Shown here: in pieces, positions 26,411 to 34,500 of the stretch
How positions within the stretch are numbered: position 1 is the first letter of the stretch
How the letters are laid out: every line of letters begins with the position of its first letter
Origin: an uncultured Lentimicrobiaceae bacterium
Lineage (GTDB): Bacteria; Bacteroidota; Bacteroidia; Bacteroidales; 4484-276
Direction of reading: 5' to 3'
NCBI GenBank assembly: GCA_964395075.1
Contig: CAYNDN010000001.1
Coordinates: forward strand, 13,182 to 54,743
DNA length: 41,562 nt
Position numbers and translations under genes: made by a program
The notes under the pieces: generated by a model
Told to the model about the DNA's origin: nothing
What the model saw: only the letters and a program-made list of their open reading frames with translations
Databases searched by the model: none

Positions 26411-29400
26411 ATGAAGAAAGTTTCACTATCAATTTTGTTTTTTTTGGCATTTGGGCTGGTAACCACCATCAACGCCCAGCCTTATAATGTCACCTTTCAG
26501 GTGGACATGTCACAATACGGGGGGTCTTTTACAACACCTGAGGTGAATGGTAATTTCAATGATTGGTGTGGTGGCTGTTTTGTGCTTGAGGATCTTGATC
26601 AGGATAATGTCTGGACAGGCACTGCACAATTGGAAGCCGGTGTTTATGAATATAAATTTGCGCACGACAGTTGGGCAGGGCAGGAATATTTAACGCCGGG
26701 GTCTCCCTGTACCATCACTACCAATGGATTTACCAACAGGCTTCTCGAGGTTACTGAAGATGTAACTTTACCTGTAGTTTGCTGGGAGAGCTGCGAAGCT
26801 TGTGGTGTTGTCGTTGAGCCGGTTGATGTTACTTTTCAGGTTGATATGAACGAATATGACGGTACATTTGCCAATGTTTACCTCAGTGGTGAGATGAATG
26901 GCTGGAATGGAACTGCCAATCAAATGCAGGATCCTGACATGGATGGAGTTTACGTAATTACACTATCACTGTTACCTGTTGCTTATGAATATAAGTTTAC
27001 GGTTGATGATTGGTCAGACCAGGAATTTTTTATTGAAGGCCAGATATGCACAGTTTCGGCTTTTGGTTTTACCAACAGGTATGTTGAGGTTACCGAAGCA
27101 GAAGTACTTCCTGTAGTTTGTTGGGAAAGTTGCTTTAGCTGTGGTGAACAGGTAAATGTAACTTTACAGGTAGATATGAACAATGAGGATGTTTCTGAAA
27201 ATGGGGTACATGTAGCCGGAAATTTTCAGGGATGGAACCCTGGTTCAACTCAATTAACTGACACAGGAAACGGCCTGTACACCTACTCGATGACTGTTGA
27301 TCCTGGCTTTCAGTTAGTTTACATTTTTATCAATGGCAACGACTGGGACTTCCAGGAAGCCGTTCCTGCTGAATGTGGGCTGGACAATGGCTTTGGTGGT
27401 TACAATCGCTATTTCGATGTACCTGAGTATGATGTTGTAATCGATGTGGTTTGCTTTGGTAGTTGTGGACTTTGTAACGGCCCAACCGACGAACTTATTA
27501 TTTCAGAATATGCTGAAGGCTCAGGAAGCAATAAATATGTGGAATTGTACAATGGAACAGGAGCCACTATCGATTTGTCGGAATATAATACCCACCGAAT
27601 AAGCAATGGCGGGCTTTGGGTTGATGAATACATTTATCCACTGGAAGGATTTTTGGAAGATGGTGAAGTTTATGTGATTGGCAACAATCAGGCGAATGCT
27701 TATATTCGGGACAGGTCAGATGTTGAAACTTCTTTAACCTGGTTCAATGGTAATGATGCTGTTGGCCTGTCGAAAAATGATGGCCAGGGCGGATGGACTA
27801 TTATCGACCAGGTTGGGGAAGAAGGAGATGCTGAATATTGGGATGTTGCAGGCGTTTCAAGTGCAACAGCCGGACACACACTGGTAAGGAAGATGGATGT
27901 TTGCGCACCAAACACTGACTGGCCTTCATCTGCCGGAACAAATACCGAAGATTCTGAGTGGATTGTTTATGGAGAAGATGATTGGAACAACCTGGGATAT
28001 CACAGCCATTTGTGCGGCGGTTCCCCAATTGTTGCTACTCCTTCTATTTCTGTCCCCTCAGGCTTGTATTTTGCGGCTTTCAATGTTGAATTATCCTGTG
28101 CAACACCCGGCGCAACCATATTCTATACCACTGATGGTTCCGATCCTGACCAGGGATCGGAAGAATATACAGGACCATTCGAAATTGCTGACGATACCGA
28201 ACTTAAAGTAATTGCAGTTGCTATAGGATACGGAAACAGTTTTGCAGCTTCGGCTTCTTACGATCTTGAACTTGCAACCGTTGTAGCTAACCTCGCCGAA
28301 TTGCGTGATGCTTATGGCGAAAAAGATGATTATTATCTGCTTGAAGGCGAGGTAGTGCTTACATTCCAGCAAAGCTATAGAAATCAAAAATTCATCCAGG
28401 ATGAAACTGCAGGTATTTTGATTGATGATTATTCCGGCGTGATTACAACAGATTATAACCGTTATGATGGAATTACCGGACTTGTTGGAACATTAAATGA
28501 ATATAAAAACATGTTGCAGTTTGTTCCTGCCGTTGATCCTGGTGCAGCTACTTCAACAAACAATGAAGTTGTTCCTCAGGTTATTCAACTATCAGAATTC
28601 ACAGGTAACTTTGAAGAATATGAAGCAGAGCTGGTACAAATTCTTGATGTAACTTTCGAAGACGCAGGCTCTTCTTTCTCAAATGGTACAGAGTATCCAA
28701 TCAGCGATGCCAGCAAAGGCGAAGGTGTTTTCAGAACATCTTTCTACTATGTAGATTATATTGGTTCGGCTATCCCACCTGTTGAAATTGGTGTAACAGG
28801 TATTGGTAACTCCAATGATGATGGTGATTTCATTACCGCGCGCGACTTTGGTGATTTGGATATCCCGGATTACGTAATTGTAACTAACCCAAATGGAGGC
28901 GAACAGGTTGAATTTGGAACCGGTTACGATATTTCGTGGGAAACAAACCTCGAAGATGGAACATTGGTTGATGTATATCTCTACGAAAATGACGGTAAAG
29001 CAGAAGAACTCCTTGCAGAAGACCTGTTAATCGAAACCGGCTTGTTCACATGGAATGTAACCCAATCTTATGGAGATAATTATAAAGTGAAAATAGCGGT
29101 TGACGATTCGATGCTCGAAGATATGAGCAACGACTTCTTTTCCATCGTTCCGCCCATCGACATCAAGATTACAGAGATTATGTACAACTCTCCCGAAGGT
29201 GGTGCCGATTCACTGGAATTTGTTGAATTCTACAACAATGGTGAAGGCATCGTAAACCTGATGGACTGGGAAATGACCCAGGGTGCTAATTTTACTTTCT
29301 CCGAGCACTTCCTCAACCCCGGTGAGTATGTACTTGTGGCTGAAAGTGCTGATGCAATGATGAATACTTTTGGTGTTGATGCGTATGAATGGAGTGGCGG

Positions 29401-30787
29401 ACTGAGCAACGGCGGTGAAGACATCGAACTCACTGACAACTCCGGAATTGTACGTGCTTATGTTGACTATGACGACGGTGGTGATTGGCCAAAAGCTCCG
29501 GATGGATATGGCCCTTCACTTGAGTTTTGTGATCCTTCGCTCGATAATGAAGATCCGTTAAACTGGAGCGCATCAACAAAACTTGTTACCATTAATGGTG
29601 ATGGTGCCGGAATTTATGCAACACCAATGGCCGGATGTAACGAAGACCCCGCTCTTCCGATGTATTATTCTTATGGTTGGACAGCCATTTCGAGCAACCT
29701 TGTTCCAGCTGAGCCAGCCATGGGCAATGTGTTTGCACCAATAAACTCACTGGTTATTCTCCTGAACAACAATGGAATTTACTGGCCTGAATTTAATGTT
29801 AATACAATTGGCGACTGGGATAGCCACAGTGGTTATAAAGTGAAGTTTGATGGCGGAACATACATGGTTTATTCCGGTACCCCCGTTGAATCTCAGGAAT
29901 ACAACTTTGTGCCCGGAACATTCTTTGTGCCGGTTCTCAGTGATGATCCTGTTTCCGTTGAAGATTTGATTGTGCCACTTGGTGATGCAGTAGAATTTAT
30001 GTTCGACCTGGAAAATGGAGCTGTTTACTGGTTCGACGGTGGAATTGTTCCCGGCGTTCAGGGAGCGCTTGAAACTTTAGAGCCAGGTTATGCTTACCTC
30101 ACCAAATTCAATGCAACCGGCACAATCGACTTTGGTGTTGAACCCACAAAAGCTGCTCCTCAAGAGGCTATTGTTATCGATAACACAACTTCATGGAACG
30201 ATGTGATGATTTCAGGAGAACAACATATTATCTCAATTTCAAAATCTGCATTGGCAGAACTGGAAACAGGTGATTTCATCGGTGCATTCAACAGCAAAAG
30301 TGTTTGTGTTGGTTTAACACAATACAACGGTGATCGCAACGCACTTCCAATGATCGTTTATGGTGACGATATGACCACGGATGAAACCGACGGCATGGTT
30401 GAGGGTGAAGCGATCTCATTTAGGATTTATCGTTACGGTGAAGAGATAGACGCACAGGCAGTTTACAACTTCAGTATGCAAAACCATGACGGATTGTTCG
30501 CTGAAAACGGCCTTTCAATGATTGAAGCATTCAAGGTAGGAGCTACGGGAATTGCTGACCAAAATGCAACCTACAGCATATATCCCAACCCGGGCAATGG
30601 TCAATTCAACATTGACATTGTTGGCGACTATGAAGTTACGGTTACCAATGCCCAGGGTCAGGTGATTTACCTTGGCCAGATCAGCGGAAATGCCGTGATC
30701 AACCTTTCAGATCAGTCTGAAGGAATCTACTTCATCAGGCTTACCGGTGAATCATCCTCGATGATAGAAAAGGTGATTGTGAAGTAG
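26411..30787 (+). CDS. 1458-aa T9SS type-A cargo protein: three CBM20/48-like repeats, class-I LTD, Fn3_assoc, OB-like, Kre9-like Ig, class-II LTD, domains A and B, CTD
   Basis: Signal peptide MKKVSLSILFFLAFGLVTTINA|Q. Approximate module order from motifs:
- Three ~111-aa repeats starting V(T/N)VTFQVDM and ending VVCWESC..CG.
- Class-I LTD, LIISEYAEGSGSNKYVELYNGTG (27487-27990).
- ATIFYTTDGSDPD (Fn3_assoc).
- KFIQDETAGILIDD...GTLNEYKNMLQFVP (OB-like, to ~28860).
- PNGGEQVEFGTGYDISW (Kre9-like).
- Class-II LTD, IKITEIMYNSPEGGADSLEFVEFYNN (29160-29640).
- Domain A (29653-30150).
- Domain B (30184-30560).
- CTD, IYPNPGNGQFNI...GIYFIRL...KVIVK. Confidence 0.9.
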   Translation: MKKVSLSILFFLAFGLVTTINAQPYNVTFQVDMSQYGGSFTTPEVNGNFNDWCGGCFVLEDLDQDNVWTGTAQLEAGVYEYKFAHDSWAGQEYLTPGSPCTITTNGFTNRLLEVTEDVTLPVVCWESCEACGVVVEPVDVTFQVDMNEYDGTFANVYLSGEMNGWNGTANQMQDPDMDGVYVITLSLLPVAYEYKFTVDDWSDQEFFIEGQICTVSAFGFTNRYVEVTEAEVLPVVCWESCFSCGEQVNVTLQVDMNNEDVSENGVHVAGNFQGWNPGSTQLTDTGNGLYTYSMTVDPGFQLVYIFINGNDWDFQEAVPAECGLDNGFGGYNRYFDVPEYDVVIDVVCFGSCGLCNGPTDELIISEYAEGSGSNKYVELYNGTGATIDLSEYNTHRISNGGLWVDEYIYPLEGFLEDGEVYVIGNNQANAYIRDRSDVETSLTWFNGNDAVGLSKNDGQGGWTIIDQVGEEGDAEYWDVAGVSSATAGHTLVRKMDVCAPNTDWPSSAGTNTEDSEWIVYGEDDWNNLGYHSHLCGGSPIVATPSISVPSGLYFAAFNVELSCATPGATIFYTTDGSDPDQGSEEYTGPFEIADDTELKVIAVAIGYGNSFAASASYDLELATVVANLAELRDAYGEKDDYYLLEGEVVLTFQQSYRNQKFIQDETAGILIDDYSGVITTDYNRYDGITGLVGTLNEYKNMLQFVPAVDPGAATSTNNEVVPQVIQLSEFTGNFEEYEAELVQILDVTFEDAGSSFSNGTEYPISDASKGEGVFRTSFYYVDYIGSAIPPVEIGVTGIGNSNDDGDFITARDFGDLDIPDYVIVTNPNGGEQVEFGTGYDISWETNLEDGTLVDVYLYENDGKAEELLAEDLLIETGLFTWNVTQSYGDNYKVKIAVDDSMLEDMSNDFFSIVPPIDIKITEIMYNSPEGGADSLEFVEFYNNGEGIVNLMDWEMTQGANFTFSEHFLNPGEYVLVAESADAMMNTFGVDAYEWSGGLSNGGEDIELTDNSGIVRAYVDYDDGGDWPKAPDGYGPSLEFCDPSLDNEDPLNWSASTKLVTINGDGAGIYATPMAGCNEDPALPMYYSYGWTAISSNLVPAEPAMGNVFAPINSLVILLNNNGIYWPEFNVNTIGDWDSHSGYKVKFDGGTYMVYSGTPVESQEYNFVPGTFFVPVLSDDPVSVEDLIVPLGDAVEFMFDLENGAVYWFDGGIVPGVQGALETLEPGYAYLTKFNATGTIDFGVEPTKAAPQEAIVIDNTTSWNDVMISGEQHIISISKSALAELETGDFIGAFNSKSVCVGLTQYNGDRNALPMIVYGDDMTTDETDGMVEGEAISFRIYRYGEEIDAQAVYNFSMQNHDGLFAENGLSMIEAFKVGATGIADQNATYSIYPNPGNGQFNIDIVGDYEVTVTNAQGQVIYLGQISGNAVINLSDQSEGIYFIRLTGESSSMIEKVIVK
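26480..27480 (+). repeat. Three tandem CBM-like coding repeats of ~111 aa each
   Basis: The VTFQVDM-type starts lie at nt 26486, 26828 and 27156, giving spacings of 342 and 328 nt. Each repeat contains W...(D/T)..(D/N)G(V/L)(W/Y)...YEYKF (YIFI in repeat 3) and ends with a Cys cluster: CWESCEACG, CWESCFSCG and CFGSCGLCNG. Confidence 0.7.
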
Positions 30788-30814
30788 GAAATTATAAAAT
30801 GTTCTCTTTTAAGA

Positions 30815-30849
30815 AAAAGCAGGCAGTAATGTCTGCTTTTTCTATTTTT
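30815..30849 (+). terminator. Rho-independent terminator of the 26411 gene
   Basis: AAAAGCAGgc-agtaat-gtCTGCTTTT forms an 8-bp perfect stem plus two further pairs, followed by tctattttt. It starts 28 nt after the stop codon. Confidence 0.7.
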
Positions 30850-30869
30850 ACGCTATAAATTTGGAATGT

Positions 30870-31646
30870 ATGGAAAACCTTAAATTAGTAGATACAACCC
30901 CTGACAACATCCACGAATTTGGTATGTGCGGATACAAAAACACCAAAAATGAAGGCTATCAACGAAAGTTGGATTGGACCAAAGATCGCTTTAACGATGG
31001 TATGCGCTATAAAATGCTTGTGTCTGAAGAAAAGGGCGCAATTGGTGGCATCGAATATTTACCGGGAGAGCATGCCTGGCGGCCGGTGAATGCGAAAGGT
31101 TACTTTTTTATTCATTGCATTTTTATCATGAAAAGGGATGCCAAAGGCCAGGGTTATGGACAAAAAATGATTGAATCATGTGTAAACGATGCCCGGCATT
31201 CCGGGATGAAAGGCGTTGCAGTGGTCACCCGGAAAGGATCGTGGATGGCTGGGAAAGATGTATTTCTCAGGCTCGGATTTGAACTGTCGGATAAAGCAAA
31301 ACCTGATTTCGAGCTATTGGCTTTCAGGTTTGATAATAATGAGCTACCACCTTCATTTATAAAGGACATGGATAAGAAGTTAGATAAGTATCAATCCGGC
31401 CTGTATATTTTTACATCAGGCCAATGCCCATACACTTTAAAAGCTACAAAAGAAATTGCCGAAGCAGCAGAAACGGAATTTAATATTAAACCTGCCATTA
31501 TTAATCTTGAAACTGGTGAGCAGGCCAGAGGTGTGCCATTTCCCTTTGGCTCATTTGGCATTGTGCTTAATGGAAAAGTTGTGGCTGATCACCCTGTGAG
31601 CCAGACAAGATTCAGGAACATTATGAAGAAGGAGATGAAAATTTAA
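30870..31646 (+). CDS. GNAT-family N-acetyltransferase fused to a C-terminal YoaP-like domain
   Basis: The ORF track starts at TTG 30861; the ATG at 30870 (MENLKLVDT...) is more likely. The GNAT acetyl-CoA motif A is present (IFIMKRDAKGQGYGQKMIESCV). The C-terminal ~90 aa (TSGQCPYTLKATKEIAEAA...GSFGIVLNGKVVADHPVSQTRFRNIM) resembles the YoaP-like domain fused to GNAT in B. subtilis YoaP. No signal peptide. Confidence 0.75.
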   Translation: MENLKLVDTTPDNIHEFGMCGYKNTKNEGYQRKLDWTKDRFNDGMRYKMLVSEEKGAIGGIEYLPGEHAWRPVNAKGYFFIHCIFIMKRDAKGQGYGQKMIESCVNDARHSGMKGVAVVTRKGSWMAGKDVFLRLGFELSDKAKPDFELLAFRFDNNELPPSFIKDMDKKLDKYQSGLYIFTSGQCPYTLKATKEIAEAAETEFNIKPAIINLETGEQARGVPFPFGSFGIVLNGKVVADHPVSQTRFRNIMKKEMKI

Positions 31647-31671
31647 ACATGAGGGAGGACCGCATTATTAT

Positions 31672-33168
31672 TTACCTCACCACGGTAACTGTGCCTTGTT
31701 TTTCAACCAGCTCACCACGAGCATTCCTGAAATTAATTACATAAACATAGGTTCCTGCCGGGACAATTTCGCCGTTGTATCTACCGTTCCAGCCTTCATC
31801 CTTGTTGTCGCTTACGAAGATTTGCTGTCCCCATTTGTTGAAGATAGTCATTTCGTAAAACCCTTCTTCAATGAAATCCAAAACTGGTTTAAAATCAATT
31901 CCACTTTCCGGCAATAGCGCATTGGGAATTAAAATGTTGGTTTCCAGTTCAACAACAACTTTGTTGGAGAAGCTTTCCGTGGGGCCGGTTCCATTTTCAA
32001 GGGCTTTAACATAGTAGGCCAGGTTTCCCTTGCTGCCGGTTAAGTTTGAAACATCATCTGAATGGCTGGTTTCACCGGCTGACAATGTAGCCAGAGGCCC
32101 GGCAGGATCAGGTGCTCCGTCAACTTCACGATATACTTCATATCCTGAAATATTGTCCCATCCTTCATAAGCATTCCATTGCAGATCGATCATGGGGCCC
32201 GCTGATTTTTGTGCGCTGAGATGAACCGTCCTGGAATCATTTTCAGTTATGATCTCTGCTTTATCGCAAAAATCATAAACTTCAATCCGGTATTCATAAC
32301 TCTGTAAATTAAAATTTGCCGAATTATCAATAAATGTGATTTCAGGACTATAGTCTATCGTATCAACATTTTCACCTATGAAATTAAACACGCCGTCGCC
32401 ATCATTGCGAAACACCTTAAACCGGGAAACTTCTGCGTCATCAGCCTGCCACGAAAGTTTTACATGCTCAAAGTTATCTACTGTAACCACCAGGATGCGC
32501 GCTTCTTCAGGTTTATCATACGTTACCGTGTTTTCTGATTTTTCACATGAAGTGGATGTTCGGGTTTTATCCTGGCTGAAAGCCCTTATTTTGTATGTGT
32601 ATTGTACATCTGGTAGCAAATCCTCATGTAAATAAAAATTTTGTGATGCAGGAGTTGTCCCAACAATTTCGTAATCTCCACCATCAACAGATGCTAAAAC
32701 CCAATAACCACCTAAACCGCCGGGCATATTTCTGTATTTAGTCCATTCCAATTGGATGGAATTTGAGCATGTATCGTATTTTGGCTGATTAAGATTAATT
32801 GTAAACAAGGAATCTGTCCAATCGGAATCTTGATTAACGCCAAATCCTTCAGCATAAATATTGTAAATTATTGAGTTAGCACATGCCTGAATTGATAAGT
32901 CACGGTAAAATGAAGTATCAATCCCAGGCACAGTATCAATCCGTTCTGATATAGAGTTGATTTTTCTAACAATAACATATCCACTTGTTATGCCAACATC
33001 GGTATTTGGAATCCATGAAATGGTTGGGTGATTTTCAGTATCAATTGAAATTGTATCAAGTTGGGGTTGCTGTGCTTCTACTTGAGCATTTATAGAATTA
33101 ACCAAAACAACAAATTGGACAACACAAAATAGCTTAATAAATAGTAGTCTTTGAGTTTTAATCAGCAT
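31672..33168 (-). CDS. Secreted FN3-repeat protein with a T9SS type-B (gliding-motility-associated, CHU_C-like) C-terminal domain
   Basis: 498 aa with signal peptide ...FVVLVNSINA|QVEAQQ. Several FN3-like units contain L(E/S/Q)W. The C-terminus is LIPNALLPESGIDFKPVLDFIEEGFYEMTIFNKWGQQIFVSDNKDEGWNGRYNGEIVPAGTYVYVINFRNARGELVEKQGTVTVVR. This matches the type-B sorting-domain pattern (IPN.F.P...F.P......I.IFNRWGQ.(V/I)F......W(D/N)G...G...P.G.Y.Y.I......K.G.V.(L/V).R). Confidence 0.85.
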   Translation of the reverse strand: MLIKTQRLLFIKLFCVVQFVVLVNSINAQVEAQQPQLDTISIDTENHPTISWIPNTDVGITSGYVIVRKINSISERIDTVPGIDTSFYRDLSIQACANSIIYNIYAEGFGVNQDSDWTDSLFTINLNQPKYDTCSNSIQLEWTKYRNMPGGLGGYWVLASVDGGDYEIVGTTPASQNFYLHEDLLPDVQYTYKIRAFSQDKTRTSTSCEKSENTVTYDKPEEARILVVTVDNFEHVKLSWQADDAEVSRFKVFRNDGDGVFNFIGENVDTIDYSPEITFIDNSANFNLQSYEYRIEVYDFCDKAEIITENDSRTVHLSAQKSAGPMIDLQWNAYEGWDNISGYEVYREVDGAPDPAGPLATLSAGETSHSDDVSNLTGSKGNLAYYVKALENGTGPTESFSNKVVVELETNILIPNALLPESGIDFKPVLDFIEEGFYEMTIFNKWGQQIFVSDNKDEGWNGRYNGEIVPAGTYVYVINFRNARGELVEKQGTVTVVR

Positions 33169-33222
33169 GATAAGTATCCTTTTTTAACTACTCTCAGTAT
33201 ATTGATGAAGAATTAACTTCAA

Positions 33223-34500
33223 TTATTTACCCACAACCAAAGTTACCAGCGTGTGAGGGTCAAGATATTTAACGGTTAATTCCCTGATTTCTTTTGCAGT
33301 AATGTTTTTTATGGTTTGAATATACCGGTTGAAGTAATCCATTGTGAAGCCGTAATCCACAACAGACTTCACCATTTCTGACAATGCAAAAGGTCCGTCA
33401 GCATTACGCAGAAAATTGCCCAGCATGTAGTTTTTAACCAGGTTGAGTTCTTCATCAGGAACCAAATCCGTAGCAAGTCTTCTGATTTCCATAAAAATCT
33501 CATCCACAGCTTTTTCGCGCACATCCACGCCAACCTCAGAAGAAATAGTAAAAAGGCCACTGTGTTTTAATGAAGTTACCATTGAGCCAATTCCATATGT
33601 GTAGCCTTTGTCCTCGCGGATATTGCTCATCAACCGCGAACCAAAATACCCGCCGAGGATCGTGTTTACAACCTTCATTTTAATGAAGTCAGGATCCGTT
33701 TTGTTGAAGAGTACTTTGCCAATGCGTAATGCCGATTGTAACGAATTTTCTTTTTCAATTAACTGAAATTTATCAGGTGTGGTTACCGGAACCTGCATCT
33801 TCATTTCTGCATGGTTGAGGTCAACTCTGTGCCGGCCAAAATATTGGTTTAATGTTTCTCTGATATTTTTGGGGATTTGCCCTGAGATCATTATGTAAAA
33901 ATGGTTTGAGGCATAGAATCGTTTGTGAAAATCCCGTATTACATCCGGATTTACATTTTTATAATCCGCTTCGCTGAGTGGGGTGGAGTAGGGGTGGCAT
34001 TTACCAAAAATATATTCTGAAAACCTTAACCGGGCAACATATTTCACCTTTTCAAGATTCACCAGAAACTCATGCCGTGATTTTGAAATGATCGTTTGAA
34101 TCTCATCTTCAGGGAACCTGGGTTGCAGCGCCACTTCCTGAACCACAGGCAATAAATTTTGGAAGTGTTTGCCAAGGCAATAGAGTGTAATCCGTGCATC
34201 ATCCTTATTTACTGAATTCCGTAAAAAAGCACCATAAAAATCCACTTTTTCAGCAATTTCTCTCGATGTAAAACCGGTGGTTCCTTCCTGCAGGCATTTG
34301 TTTGTTTGTGCGGCCTGCAAAGGTATATGCTGATAAATGGTGCCGGCATTAAAAATGAGATCAAGTTTAAGCAGGTCTTCACTTCCCGCATTTACGGTGT
34401 AAACCTTTATACCGTTGTCGAGGGTGAATTGTCCGGGTTCAACCAGCTTTAACGATTCAATATCGTGGCCCTGGGGTTGTATTTTTCTAAAATCTTGCAT
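33223..34500 (-). CDS. M16-family (pitrilysin/insulinase) peptidase-like subunit lacking the HxxEH zinc motif
   Basis: 425 aa with M16-like architecture, collinear with the upstream gene. No HxxEH is present. Its start codon overlaps the upstream stop (TAATG). Confidence 0.8.
   Translation of the reverse strand: MQDFRKIQPQGHDIESLKLVEPGQFTLDNGIKVYTVNAGSEDLLKLDLIFNAGTIYQHIPLQAAQTNKCLQEGTTGFTSREIAEKVDFYGAFLRNSVNKDDARITLYCLGKHFQNLLPVVQEVALQPRFPEDEIQTIISKSRHEFLVNLEKVKYVARLRFSEYIFGKCHPYSTPLSEADYKNVNPDVIRDFHKRFYASNHFYIMISGQIPKNIRETLNQYFGRHRVDLNHAEMKMQVPVTTPDKFQLIEKENSLQSALRIGKVLFNKTDPDFIKMKVVNTILGGYFGSRLMSNIREDKGYTYGIGSMVTSLKHSGLFTISSEVGVDVREKAVDEIFMEIRRLATDLVPDEELNLVKNYMLGNFLRNADGPFALSEMVKSVVDYGFTMDYFNRYIQTIKNITAKEIRELTVKYLDPHTLVTLVVGK

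Noticed and set aside
761-30560. Sequence periodicities of 264, ~333, 831 and ~860 nt, considered as possible CRISPR, satellite or non-coding tandem repeats
   Set aside because: All the periodicities are in frame and coincide with protein-domain repeats. The copies are diverged at the DNA level. There are no short direct repeats with unique spacers anywhere in the window.
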